The notes: generated by a model from the sequence alone, not told the origin. 64,000 nt of DNA from Phoronis australis (GCA_002633005.1 NMRA01000001.1:901755-965754), one strand, 5' to 3'. Shown: positions 24,901-39,900, counted from the first letter of the stretch. Numbers and translations are program-made.

Positions 24901-27900
24901 GTTACAAAAGTGATTTAGCGATTCTGCAATTTCAATTTTTGCTCCGTAATAGCTATAACCAGCCATTTCTGCTGCTAACAGAATTAACCGTGTTGACGGA
25001 GAATGCCGTTTCGTCTGATTACTTTGTACTTTTGTCTTGAAATTTATTAAATGAGGGCTGTATTTTGAGACTGGTTGTGTCTCATCGTCAAGCAGAAGTA
25101 GAATTAAATTGGGCTAACGATTACCACTACAGGTGTAACAGGTGACTATCTTCCTAAACACCCAGGGTGCAAGCCAGTGGTTATATGCATACTACATGGC
25201 ACAATGTGAAGTACTAGCAAGATAGGGCCAACAAGTAGCGCTCCCCTGTGAGCTCCTTGTTCAACACAGGAAACAGGATTGTAAATAATGGCGACTTAAC
25301 ATTGCGTAAATTATGCAAAATCATGTTGCATTCTCCTGCAAACTGACTTCATTAAATTCAATGACCGTAGAAGCATGCTGGAACACTGAAATGGAGCTGC
25401 AGCGCTTGGAAAGGAAGTTATTAGCAAAATTAGAATTTTGAATAATGGTGGTCTTAATTTGCATATTTAAAATTGATCAGGGTTATCAAGATTGCCAGCT
25501 AGCTAAAATGTTTCAGGAGGGTGACCTTGAAATGAATTACACAAAAAACAAACATTTCTTGGCTACTGCTGGACTATCTTGTCAAATGTTTCAAGGACAA
25601 ATCTGTCGACATTCGTGTGTTCTTATGTCACGGGGTTTGTTATGTGCGGTTAATATTCTTTACCTTCCTGTTGAACTGGAGTGGACTGGTGAGTAACATC
25701 ACTTTTGACGTGATGTAGGTTGTGATGGACGCCCTCTGTGGTGGATCACTGAACTAGTGAGGTGTGGCCTTGTCCAGGTGATATTGGCCACAGTCCCTGT
25801 TCACGCAGGCGCCATCTTTAACTTTTTACTTGTGCATGTGTTCTGATATATTACGGAAAAATTCTCCAGTTTGGGATAGTGAAAGAATATTTTGTTCAAG
25901 ATCAGAACTTGTACCGAATTGTAGAAATGGGCAATATTAGCAGTTCCAAATTCAAGAATTATGATCAATGACGACATTCGTATTGATGTTACACAAAGTG
26001 ACATTACGAGGACACATGGAAAAGTTGTGTCGGCAGCTATATTTGATGATTTCACGAACTGCCAAGTCTGTTTTTAGACAGTGTCGAGACACAGACGCAG
26101 TGTCCGAAATCTGAGAAAAATGTTGAACGTCAAAATTGGCTGTGTCGTAATCCTCAGTATCCAGAAGGTTCAATGTTCCAAGTTTTAGAGACCGTCTCAA
26201 ACTGGAGAATTTCTACCCTAGTATTCCTTCAAGTGTCCTAAGGACTTCCTCATGCATTTTCACTTCTGTAATGAAATTATTGCCCAGTTTGAAATTATTT
26301 GAAATAAAACTGTCAAACTGACACCATTTAAAATTATTTCATTGCAAGATTTGTGATTCTTTCCATTCAGAAAGCGAATCACACGCTTCACTTGTATTGA
26401 ATAAGTGATAAGAAATTTAATCTTTTGGCTGCGCCCTGTTTTGCAGAACCCCAGCAAATCACGGAATTGATTTTAGAAGACTCCGTGGACAGGAAGCGGA
26501 AAAGTTCATCCAGCTCTCTGGACACTTTGAGCGTCCGCAGTCAGAAGATCCGGCAGGCCACTGAACTTCCTGTGTTTGAAAACACAGAATACGGAGATGA
26601 TAATCTCAAAGATGTATGTAGACTAAATAGTCTTGTTTCCTCATTCTAAGGTTATTGAGTGCTAGCTTAGGTTAGTCCACTTTTACTTGTAGTCTATTGT
26701 TATCCCGTTCATAGTTCAGAGACCCTTTTTCCAGGACTTCATTTGTCAATGACTTGATATTTCTGAAAAGTAATTAAATCTCACTTTGAGCAAAAGTGCA
26801 AAGTCCATGAGAATGCTCACATAACTGCTTAGTGTTGAGATAATTTCCGGTAAATTATTTCTAGAGAATGATGTGCTCATGAGTGCTTGGTTACACATTT
26901 TTTTCTGTAATTGTGAAGTGGGGGAGTAAGGTCAAAAATCTGTCCTGAGTCTTAAAGTCACTTTCACGAAGCAGATCCTAGGATTACAGTTTGTTTCCAT
27001 TACTTTAGCTGCTGGTTTACATTGGTACCACAAGTCCCGAGTGTATGCTGACTGCTGGCGAACCTCTCAACATTCCGGCCAGTCCTCCCTCGGAGATGAC
27101 TTTGCAGGTAGAGGTCGCTACCGTTGGCCTCGTCGTTCAGCAGCAGGAGACTGAACAAGAACACTTCGGGGAGCACACCAACGATACAGAGTGAGTGACC
27201 TCCAAAAAGACACCATTTTTATAGTCTCGAAATGAAATGACACGCTATGAACTTGGACAGTAGGTGTAGCCTGGCAACTGTGAAAATTTATAGTACTGTG
27301 TTATCTATCATCGAAGCGTTCTTTATTTTGTGACCCTGAAATAACTTGTCCAAACCATGGTGCCCTGTCCAGTTTTTGACAGTGTTGATACGGCCATACA
27401 ACGCTGGTGTCATTGAAGGTTTACCGACTATGGAGACAAACATTTAGTCTCTGTTTAATAAACAACTACCTTGTTCCTTTTTTTGCATTTACTGAAAACT
27501 TTCTTTTCTAAACAGATAACGATTGTTTTCAGAATGTCTGCCAAGAGACACCTGCCGCCGGTGAACTTTGAACCTTCATCACCGTTCCAAATGTGCCGCC
27601 TGCTGCTGGATCAGCTGGGTCTGATGTCATGGGTCAAGCGACCTCACTTTGAAGTGATGAGGAAAAGCGACAAGTTATTGCGAGAGCTGAAGAATCTAGA
27701 CAATCAAAGATGGTATTGTGTTGGGCGTCGTTTAGATTTTATCACTGTTTTCGCAAATTTACAACTGTTACATTTATTGTAGTTGACATTCGCGTGTTCA
27801 AATTTATGAGGAATTGAAATAATCTGCGCGATGGTGAAAACATCTGGATAAATCCCGGAGCCAGGGTTTAATCTTTTTACTTGAAATTAAACTTGGAATT

Positions 27901-30900
27901 ATTTTGGCATTTCTAATCTGCTTGTGTACGAACTCAATATGTGTATACTGAAGGTTCAAGTTTGAACTCGAAATATCAAGTTTGTACTCAAAATCTTGAG
28001 TTAGTAGCTCAAATCTAGAGGTCAAGCGCCAACTTGGACCAGAAGCTTGTGTACTTAAACTGTAATGTACTCGACAATTTTGAGTTTTTGTTCCAAATCT
28101 TGAATTTGTGGCTCAGATCTAAAGGTCAAGTGCCAACTTGGTCTAGAAAATCAATGACATGTACATAAACCATAATGTACTCGACGCTTATCTTGAGTTC
28201 GCACAACACTAGAATGGAAGAGGCAGTAATGATTTCGAGTTAAAGATTTAGCCCTGGGCCCAGATCAATCTTTTAGAGATAGAGAAATGTCTTCAGCTTT
28301 TGTCTTGCATTTTAGCCGAGAGACGCACAAGATTGCCGTGATCTATATCGCTGAAGGACAGGAGGACAAGCAGTCAATACTTGGCAACACTTGCGGCAGT
28401 TCAGCCTTTGAGAACTTTGTCTCTGGTCTCGGCTGGGAGGTATTAACGAATTTACCTCATATTGCGTACACATCTTGTAACCTTGATTTTTTTATCCGTG
28501 TTAAATTTTGTAATTTCTATCGTCAAGATCTCCTGTGGGTTGAAAATGAACTGTTTGGTTTCTTTCTGCTTCGATTGACTGGCAACCGGCAATTCACTGT
28601 GTTGTCATACATCCGTTTAATACATTGTTTGTGTTGAAAGGGACATCCTGGATATATGAATAGTACTGTTACACTTATGAGACTGGCATCCTGAGCTTGT
28701 GTTTGGATCTCAGTTCATGTCTGCTAACTCTGCAGCTTTAAGGTTATGCGTAGCCTGTCTGTGTGTTTGGCCAAATACCCACAAACTTGCAGACAAAGGC
28801 AATAAAGCCTGTACATAAATTTTTGGCTTGTTCCAGTGTGTCATTAGTTGGGTTATGTCACTAGGACTTGAGAGTAAAATTAGGTATTCACGAATGGTAT
28901 GAAATAATGGTATCGATAACGTGACCAAATTTCTTTTATTTTAAATGCTGCGAGAGAAATCCCAAAAATAAAATGCAGTTAAATTTTTGTGGACTATTGT
29001 TTCATTTTCGTTCTATCAAACTTTTCTTCATTTTTTCCATTAAAAATGAAATTCCTATGTCTGATAGTCCCTCATGGTGAAGTGGAAGTTTTTAAAAGCA
29101 GAAAATGTTGTGGAGAACAGTGCACAAAACATTGTTTCTGATAATTCTTTACAAACCTTGTCGGCCATTTCTGAGATTTGACGTCTCGAAACTGGACATT
29201 AAAGGATTACACAATAGTCATAAGTAACACAATCACAGATTTAATGTCTTAAGCATTTTAGGCATCAAATGAGATACGTTTTTCCAATCTTTCATTGTAT
29301 CCAAAACGCACTCTTTAGGTTGACTTGGAGACTCACAAGGGCTTCATGGGGGGTCTACAACGCAATGGAACTAACGGCACTAGTGCTACATACTACGCCA
29401 CGTCGCTGATGGAGGTCATGTTTCACGTGTCCACTAGGATGCCGTCAGATGCCGGGGAAGACGGAAGGAAACGCAAGGTATGATAAGAGCGGCATGTCTT
29501 AAAGCTATACGCTTGATGGTAGCCAGGAGGCCACCTTTGATTCACTTCAATGAAGTCCCACGCTTTTTCTCGCGTCATGTTATTCTTTCGGAGACGAATG
29601 GTGATGTTTCTTCTCAGTGTTTCTAGTTGTCACTCCTCCGTTGCGCTGAATTGCAACTGCCTTTCGTAGAATTAACATATTTTAGCTAAGTCTTTGCTAA
29701 ATGCTGCTTTCAGGTCTTGGAATTTTCCGCGGAAACGCGGATTTCCGCTTTTTTCAAATGTGCTTTCCGCTTTTTTTGTAATATTTCCGCGTAAAAAAAT
29801 CGGATTTGATATAAAATTTCCGCGGCAAATTCCTTTCTTACCGCGGCGTTGCAGGCGACGTTCACCTCGAAAAGCGGAAGTTGCTCTTTGTGTTTCGGAG
29901 GAACGTAAATTGTCAACATTGCCGGGACATCTGGGACAGCGTAGTGGGATTTTCAATGGCGTCTCGTGTTATTGTTAAGCGCGGCGACAAATACTACGGC
30001 TCTGCAGCCAAAAATGTGTGGGTTGGGAGTGGACGGGCAAGCTAAAAGGACGCAGACGCATGCTACTGATGGTGGTAACGTTTTTTTTTTTTTTTAGTCC
30101 TCCCGATTTTTGTCGGGGAAAGGTTCACATTGACCATTTCAAGGCTGGTTATCGGGCATGATTTTGGCCGTAAAAGTTTCACAGTTTCCGCGTTTTTTGT
30201 CATTGGTCATTCCAAGCCCTGCGTCATAGCAAAATATCCCGTGTAGATGTTCATAAGGTGCCACTATGAGAATCAACATGGCTGCATCCATTAGTAGCTG
30301 GAGGAGGGGTGTAGTTATTGAACTCTTTACTGATGTTTATTTCAGTTGAGACACTTGGGTAACGATGAAGTGCACATCGTCTGGTCGGAGCACTCTCGCG
30401 ACTACCGGCGCGGCATTATACCAACAGAGTTTGGTGATGTCCTGATAGTCATCTACCCCCTCGATAATGGACTCTTCCGCATTCAAATTAAACGCAAGCC
30501 ACAGGTGGGTAGACAAAGATTTTTAGAATAAGAATCAATGAAAATCAGCATATATATGGCAGTGAATTTGAAAATGAATAACAGACTGTGCTTGAAAATT
30601 GTACTAAATGTTGTCCATCAGTTCATTTATGCTTGTTAATTTCACCACCAGGTGCCGCTCTTCGGTCCCCTCTTCGATGGTGCTATCCTTGATGAGACGG
30701 TGCTGCCAGGACTGGTGCGGGCCACTGCCATTAATGCCAGTCGCCACCACCGCGCCAGTTTGCCTTACTACAGAGCATTGTATCTTTTGTTTGGTTTAGA
30801 CGATTGTGTGCATCTCATTCAAATCAACCTCTGGGTGTCGACATATATGTACTATCTTAATCTGTTTGCTTGGTGCTCCCCTTTCATCCTCTCTTGTCCA

Positions 30901-33900
30901 GCGGCCGTGCTTGCACTCAACAATACTATGCCGCTGTAGAAGTTCTGAAAAAACTTTAAAATTTCAGATTAAACACGACATCATCCTGTGTGCAGTCCAG
31001 GGTCTGTAACAGAAATAGATGCAGAGGGAAAAGGTATGCCAGACAGAGCCCTCTGTAGGGGTATTTTAAGGAATTAGAGTCTGCTCACCAACTCTTTCAT
31101 GTAGAGAACAGGCGTTATATGATTAGGGAGGGTGTTCCAGTAACTTATGGTGCTGGGAGAGATGGTTATCCTCTGGTAGTCCTCTGAAAATGTGGGTGGA
31201 AATATGAGGACCTGGCGAACATCCTATAGGTAACTTCGTTGAATAGTTTTATTTATTTCATGTAAGCAGGGCTGCGTTATGTGGACTCGAGATATTCCTG
31301 AGAGCACCTAGCGTGATCATGTGCTTCGCTTGTAGTGCTTGACAATACCTCGTTAGGTCTCGGGTGATCTTGCGGTTTTTAAAGATTCTTCTGTCAATGC
31401 AATTCATCCCAACAAGCGTACGTTGCTGTGCATTGTTTGCCATGCACCAGCGTGGTTGCAAATCAAATAATATATTTTTAAAGCCAAAACCATGCCATCC
31501 TCGTTGCCTGGGCGAAAAGCTGTTCCCATGCCAACTTTGTATAGTCTATCATCAAGAAGTAAATAGGAATAAAAGCAGAATTTGCATGGATAGGAATTAG
31601 ATCTTATGATCGGTGGGAATGGTTGTGGATGAGGGTAAAAGTTTATTGTCGGAATTTACCTTGACCTCTGACCTGCAGCTTTGAAGAGCGTGCCAAGTAC
31701 ATAGACATGATTGTTGAACAGCACAAAGAGCCCACCATGTTTGAAGACTTTGCCGCCAGCGTCTTTGCTCCCGTTTTACCAGCTTGCAAGGAAGGTAAGT
31801 GCCATCATCACATGCTCCTTGTGCCTAGTCGAAATCAAAAACAGTGAAAAATCATGTTTAGTGGCTGCGAGTATTCTCGTCCATTCTGTCCATTATGTTG
31901 GCATGTATGACAAGAAATACTAATGTGCTGTACCAAAAAAATCAACAAAGTGTTCCATCCCAAAGCAAGAATCAAAATTGCGATTAGTTTCTTAGGTAGT
32001 GCTCTGTGTGGCTTCAAAGCCCACTGTATTAGCTTGTAGCTCTGTCAAGTGTCAAGTCACGGAACCAGCCTGTTTTGACCCGTGCTGCTTTTAGTGAACG
32101 TTACGACAAGCCAGGCTCTCCTATTGAGCTTGTTCTCAAATAGTTGTAGACTATCAGTTCACCTCAGTCAGAAATCACTTCTCCTAAAAGAAGGGAATAA
32201 GTTGAGGCTGGTTTTGCAAGTGGTCTTGATGAAATGTTTTGGTAGAAAGGGGTTTATAGTGACTTTGTCACCACTATCGTGCCAAAACATAACTGAGGCA
32301 TTCATGATGACACTTAGGCAGTCACGTACCATGTAAACAGAATCAGTTGTCATGGCAATGAAATGGCATTTTGTTCAGTTTCTTTCGTTTTTCCTTATGC
32401 CAACATAGTCCCATAATATACACGCATTGTATAGGTCATTCATTTGACTCCGTACGTATTTATGTGCCAGTATTGTTGTTAGTATTTTGGGTATGTTTTG
32501 GCAGCACCAACAATACAACCATGGCGTGTAATGTTGTTGGCAGTTGTTAGGTGCTCAGTCAAAGTTGTTATTTCCTTGGTATTAAGCAAATTAGCCCTGA
32601 ATTATTGAGATATTGTCAAGCCATTACCTGTCACTTAGTGTATTCTCTAAAGATTGTGTTTCTGTTGTCGAAGTTGATGATTTTGCTTTTAGGTAAAGTT
32701 GGTCAACTTATCAACGTTTTTAAAACCTCTTTTGTGAGCTGTGCCTGTAATGTTTACCTAGTTACAGAGTCAGTGTTATTCTACAGTAATGTGCTTTAGC
32801 CAGATATATGGAGATGATGTTGACATTGTCTTGAAGCAGATGACTTTCTCATTTGGCTTCACAATACATGTCGCTTTCGTTTGTTTTATTGCTTGGACTA
32901 GTGTGGTGATTTTTATACTCTCATATGTTATATGTGTGCGCATTATGCTGTCATCCCAGTCCTTCCATCCGGAGTCTGATCATCTGTCTCCAAAATCGTT
33001 TGATGTATGTTCATGAAATTTTGCTCGTACGTTCCTTTCAGAGATGGGACGGCATAAGCTAATTTTCGGACGGATCTGACAACCGGTGCCCCCTAGTGGC
33101 AATTTTATTTTTTTGTGTTTACCTCTGTATCTGAAAAAGGTCCTTAACGTATTTTCATAAATTTAAAATTAACAGATAGGTATCTATTTGTGAGATGGCA
33201 CTACCATCCCGTTTTCGGATTGATTCAAGATATTTTGTGCCACCTAGTGGCTAGTTTTACTGTTTTCAAGTTTTTTTGTGACCGCCTTTATATCAACCGA
33301 ACCACTCAAAGTACGATTGTGAAGAGTGGCATATATGTTCCTACTGTGGAAAGGACAGCTGACGAGGATTTTCGGACGACTTCGGCTATTGTGGCACCTC
33401 CTAGTGGCAGTTTTTTTTTGCAGCTATGGCTGTGTTTCTCAAACCCTCTGCAGCATCATTATTAAATTTGGAGATTGTATTTTCATTTAGTTTAGAACAG
33501 ACAACGACATTTGGATGGTTCCATCTACCGCTGTGCCCCTTAGTGACATTTTTTCCTGTCCTCTGTATCTTTGAAACTTTAATTTTGAATTCTGTCAAAA
33601 TGGTGCTCAACTAGTAAACATATCTTTTACAGATTCTGCCCTCTGTTTTGAAGTGGGCATCCATATCCAGAAACAGCTGGGATAGTAAATAAATGTTTCT
33701 TAATTGTATCACTTCCTGTCCTGCTTACCTCAGATGTTACTTCCTCAGAATGGCTACTGTTTGTCTGTGTCTCTTTTGGTTAAATCTAGACTTCACCTCT
33801 GACATCACTGTGTACCTTTTGGTTAACTGCAGACTTCACCTCTGACATCACTGGTCGTTTTCGGCTGTTTTAGGTAACGACCTGCCACTCAACGCCAGTT

Positions 33901-36900
33901 TCAGCAGTCTTCAGAATGGTCTGGTGGCAGACCTGGCCAGGAAGGCCAAGGAGGAAAAGACTCAGGCTGAGAAGCAAGAGCAACAGAGTCAACATTCTAC
34001 CAAAAGAGGTCAGTAGTCATGAATGGCACTTATCTTGGTAAAGATGGGCAAGATAAACTGATGTAAAAATGGTATTAAATTGACTTTCTAGCATTGCCAT
34101 GTAGATGGTATGCATTATTTGTCAACAGGGAATGAACTGAGTGTTGGTTGAAAATTTTACCCGCAAGTTACAGAAATGACGTGCCAAACAGGTGACCCGG
34201 TATTTTTATGAAATCTCTGATTCCAAGGTAGACACTGAGGTCTACTATGGGTGTTTAACAGGTCTTAAATAAACTGATCCTGATTATTTTCTAGTTCTCA
34301 TGTATGAGCTCTGTGTTATTCTTAATATGTTTTCATCAAAAGACTTCAGTTGACTTTTGTCATTTGAATCATTTATACCATATTGAAATTCGAAAATTCT
34401 GGAGTGAATGGCTACTGACTAAGTGTCGATGCTACATACCCAAGAAGAATCGAGCATTTTGTTGGGTGATGTTTGGATTTGTTGAAACTGCAGCTGAAGT
34501 TACTAACTGTAGATTTGCTAAGTCTTGTTAACAGTCACGCCTTTGTTGGCCCTCCTTTATTTTGAACAGAAATGTCTTCGAATGTACAATTATCAATTTC
34601 AGGCCATAAAGTCGATATAAAAGAAACGACAATACTTTAGAAAATTAATGTCTTTCTTCAGATTAGATGTTACTGTCGCCTTATGCTGCATTTGTTTGAG
34701 CTTCAGGTGTTGTACTTCACAACACGCATTGCTGTACTTCGCCTGCTCTCAGAACCATGGCATGATATTGCAGTCACTGCTAGTTCTATTGTTCCACACT
34801 GCCCTTTTCATGTCTGTGCTTTACCTAAGTGTAGTTGTAGTAAAAAGCATTTTTCACACTTTTCACATTCCTCGATTCAGTTCACCACCGAGTCTTTTTG
34901 TCGTGCTGAATCTAAAATGTGTTAAGCCGACACACGTAGTGTCTGGTGTTGTTTAGTTGGTTTTGCAGATTTTTTTTGTCTTCAGGTGGCTCTGTTACCC
35001 TTCACTGAATAACTCGCTATAACACGATCTGTTTTGATTAAAGTCTAAATTTGAGTATACTGACTGAAAGGGAAGGCGAGAATGTAGATGTTTGCTAATT
35101 TTTTTCAAGATCTGGTTTGGGCTGCATACTGAATGTTTTTATTGTAACCTTATTTTAATGGTATTGTTCTTAATACTTCCAAAAATGTGCGACGCAAGTA
35201 AATGCGTACAAAAGATAGCTTTTTGATGTGTTCTGGTATCAAGGCTATTAGTCAAAACTGTCGTTTTGCTCAACTGGGGAAACTTATATTTTAATACAAG
35301 ACTTCGCTCGCCAACTTCTAGTGTCGCAGTGCAAGCCATTGACCTCAAAGGGCTGAGCACAAAATTCAAAACCAACTGATGAAGATGTAAATTTTTGAGC
35401 GCACTTCATGCAGTCGGATTTGGATGTGACTGATAAGAAAACCAATACATTTGGTGTCATCATCTTGTGCTTTGAGTTCTTAATTAGTGCCTTTATGCAA
35501 CTGTAGTGGAGTACTGGTGCAGAGTCCAAGCCATATTGCTCATTGAAATTCAACTAAGATTATTTTAGATGGTTCAACATTTCAGTAATGTTCACAAAAG
35601 CATCATCGAGAGTTAGTATCTTTTTTGTTGACTGCACAGAGCGTGACTCAGGAGTTTCACGTAGTAAAGGCTAGCTGACTGAAGCACGAGTTGAAGAAGT
35701 TGATTAGACATTATAAAGATATCGGGTGCAAACTAGCGGGTTCTCTTTCCTCTTCTTTAAATATTTTACTGACTGTGGCCTAACGAGTGCTGACCCCTAC
35801 CTCCTGTGAGAGCCTCATCAAATCCCTACTACATTCACTTTGATTCATGCAGTCGAGTTTATGTTACATCCATTCTATTTCAGAATAAACTACTATTAAA
35901 AACAGCGGGACTAACTATGGAAATTCCAAGACACGGTTTTTGATAATTTTTATCAACGTTTTACTACAGAAAACTTGGTGAATGTTGTTGAAAGAACCTT
36001 TTCCTTGTAACTTTCAAAAATGACATTTTGCCAAAAATGTATGGTCACGTGACCACGAGAATGCTACGGTGTTGTGGTTGACATGATTAGATTTGTCTCG
36101 ATTCTTAGTTTCAGGAAATATGTACTTTGTGAGTTGACAGTCACTAGTTACAAAGATATTTGAAGAAGAAAACATTTTAATTAGGGGTGCATGTTACTTT
36201 AAGATCGACGGTATGCAGTCTATAGAAAATCAGAGCAATGCTTGTAGTCTGCTAGCCAGCACAGGATTTGAACTTGGGCTTTAGAGTCTGCAGTCCTGAC
36301 TAGTACGCAACTGTCTTGATTGCTATGTTTTTTCGTCACGCAGAGAGGTCACACACTGTCTCGTGGCCCATTCATCTCCGCTCCCGCCACAAACACCCTC
36401 ACAGGTCCAGTGAAGAGATGTCCAGGTATTACTCAGTGTATTGGTCTGTAACAGTGTGGGGCCACGGTTTGTGGAAATCATCAAATGAGTGCAAGGAAAT
36501 GTGTGCAAAGCAAATTGCGACGAATGCAAAGAAAATTTGTTTCTTCATGCCTACGTGCTTACGAGAGGAAATGATTGCTGAGAAAATCTTGTTTCGTATA
36601 CGATGCTTTGATCAAGCAAAAATCCGAATAGAAAATGAGATTCTTCGTTTGAGTTTTGACGATATTGACAAAGGGGTGAAGTGGCATAGATAACATTCAA
36701 ACGTTTGCATGTCTACCGTCACCCTTTTTATGCATTATTCCGCAGTGTCGCAGTTGTTGGCTCCAGACTGTCTCTGACCTTGACCTCATGCTTTTCCCCG
36801 TTGTTGTAATGTGTGGCTTTTGTCCCAGGATTTTCGTCATTTTAATTTCTGCTAGTATTGGCCTAGGTTTTATTTCCAAGGTGCTTATTCTCTTGAAAAG

Positions 36901-39900
36901 TCGTATTGGGCATTTTAAAGCTCATGCTTCACACTGGAAAAATGCTGCTGGCAAGTATCTTGCCTGGGCATTATTTTGATTTAATTTCATTTTTGATATT
37001 AAAATCTAGCATCATTTTGGCTGTATTATAGTGTTTGATATACTCTAAGAAATTTATGTGTAACAACTTCTTTATTTCTTTATACGTATGAAATGTGAAA
37101 TTTTATTATGTAATATTTTGTTAACTTAGTTGTATTGCACATTTTGATTTGTTCCAAAAAAGGCTGTTGTCACCTTATTATTTTGCTCATTACTTCTGTT
37201 TTCTATGGTCAAGATGTGTATTTGATATTTATTACGATATTGGGTTGCTATAATTGTTGTGTTGTCACTTTCACAAGCTCTGTGTTGTTTTGGAATCTTC
37301 CTCATCTGATATTTCATTGGCTGGTGGAGTTGCTATGAGTCTAATCCATGTTGTCTTAGCCCTATTAACCTTTGACCTGTTGATTGTCTTCAGAACTGCT
37401 CTCTACATATTTTACCTCTGGTTCTATACATGTATATACTGGGCATGTAGTCCTAATGGTTCCTTTTTTCTTTTGCATATGTGCTTATATTTGGAGCTAC
37501 GCCCCGTGTCCGTAATTGGGGGCACGCTAATATTATACGTGAAACACTTGATTAAAACTGCCAAGCAATATGTGAGATATCTGAGTGAAACTTGAAAGGT
37601 TCGTGGCTAAATAGTTCATGGCAATGTGTATCCAGTGGAACACACACAGTTGTATGATTTATGAAGGATATCAAGCATAAATCGATGGAATAAAGTCCAC
37701 TTTACGACATGCCATGCATTCCATGAAATTGTGCCTTTCAATGGATGCGCTGATGTGTACAACACTTGGGCAAAAATGTCTTCGAAAAAGTGCATTCAGT
37801 TATAGGCTCGTGGGCCTAGAAACGACCATGTACGGTAACTCTAACGTGACAAAGCTTTGTTTCCTAAAAGTTAATCACGTGGTCAATGTACAGTAATTAA
37901 AGTTACTGTCTCATGAAACGGGCTACTGGAAGTGTAGAAGTTTTATTTATCCGACTTGTAGCTATTGTGAAACAAACCTGAAATATACCTATGTGAGCTA
38001 TGTGTCATGTCCATGTTGAAAGAGGCAATTTTTCATAAGCCTGTGCTCTGAGAATTTGCATATGCTTGTTGTTTCAATATGCGTTAAAAGGTTAGTGAAG
38101 AAGTCAGTGTTTGAGTGATGTCAGTGTTGCCATCTGGTGGTATGTGGAAGCATTGATACGCTAGTGTATCTATGTATGGAAAGTCTTTTGACTTGTTGGC
38201 ATGTATGGCTGTAGGACAGGGACTTTTTACATTTTATCATCTTGTTCAAGAATGACTATCTGGCTGAGCTATCTGTAGTCACAGACTGTTGACCAGAGAT
38301 TCTGAAATATGTTTTATAACGTATGTCTTTAGGGTATATTAATAGAATCTTAGAAAAATGTCCAAATCCGGCTAACTTTGAAACGTTATGCATGACTGAC
38401 CAGATTCAGGTGAAAACTTCAGGCACTGTGCTTCATGCCCTGATCTCCAAAAACATTGTTAAGAATTTCTTTTAAAGTGTTCCAATTTTGTATGAGCTAT
38501 ATAAAAAATGTAACTTTATGATTCCGTTGTATGAAACGAAATAGTAATTTAGAAAACTGTTTTAATTGAGGTTTGTTGAACTTTTATATCAAACAAAATT
38601 TGGTCATGTTTTGACACCGTTGTTTTGTTATGAATGTACTTTTCTTTTGGATGAATTTTACTAAAAAAAAACAGGATGTGACTCAATTAGTGGGAGATTG
38701 GCAAAAGGTCAAAAATCAAATTCTACAGACTTCTTACTTTTGCGAAGTTAAAAATTTATAGTTTGGTAGGTATTTGGATAAGGTCCTGCGCAACCATGCG
38801 TATTGTTTTTCACATGCGAATTACAAGGTATTGAATGTGATTTGTCGTATTTTATATGCCTGGTAAACACTTGATAAGGTCTGTTGTTGAGAGAAGTATC
38901 AATAGAGTCCTTAAGAGCGTCTGGTGATGTTTTCTGGCTTAGAAATACTCAGGGTTACTGGCGACATATTTGTGCAGCTCAGGCGTTTGTAGTCATGATG
39001 GACATAAGACATGATATGGCCAAAAGCAGATTTTCACTCGGTGGAATTTTTCAACAGGAATGGTTTTAAAGAAAATTTTGCTTAGTTCGTTGTTGGCTTT
39101 TATTTGATGATGCAGCTACTACCAAAGTCGTTATGGTAACAATTGAGCATCCTTTGGTAAGTATCAGGTCTTTGAAAAATAAGATGACTGTAGCAGTAAT
39201 TATGTTTGTTCCAAATTGAAGATTTTTTACCCCAGTCATGTTTGAAACCTTGATCGGTTGGTAACGCTAGTGCCACCTGTTGGTGCTAGTGCTACACACC
39301 TGTTTTGTTTTATGAGAAGTTGAGATTCCTGCTGGTGTCTTGGGCTTTCACTAACCAACCATTACTAACTGTATTAAGTATTGCCTCCTCTGCTGCTGTG
39401 TGACCTGAAGTCACCTTTAATTTATATGTGTCTTGTTTTATTGCGCTGAGGTTGATCTATTAAATAAATTTGATGCATGGACTAGGCAGTTCATTCACAA
39501 CATTGCTGCATTCAATGGCATCCAATGCTCGGCCTTATAATGAAGCAGTATACCTAAAAGTTCACCAATTTCAAACAAATATGATAATTTTCAAAATTGA
39601 TCTTTTTCATAGTTACCCTTAGGCAATGTTTTGAAAAATTGTCAGCATTGACAAAAATGTTGAAGAAGCCATCAAAAATGAGAAAATGGCAATTTTGTTA
39701 GAAGATTTTGTCCGAAATTGATGAGATTTTGCCATTTTTTAGATCGTCATGTGTCAGTTGAAACTTTCATGTGCTCTTATATACAGACTGTTCTCAAAAA
39801 TTCACAATCAATGAATTGTCTCTGTGGTTTTATTTTTGCATGAGGTACTATAATTGAAAATAGGAATTTACAACACAAAAAATGAAAAAATAATTTAGGA

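Noticed and set aside
33833-33853. 21-nt pseudo-microexon in the tandem duplication
   Set aside because: The downstream intron would be only 20 nt, and using it as an acceptor extension shifts the frame.
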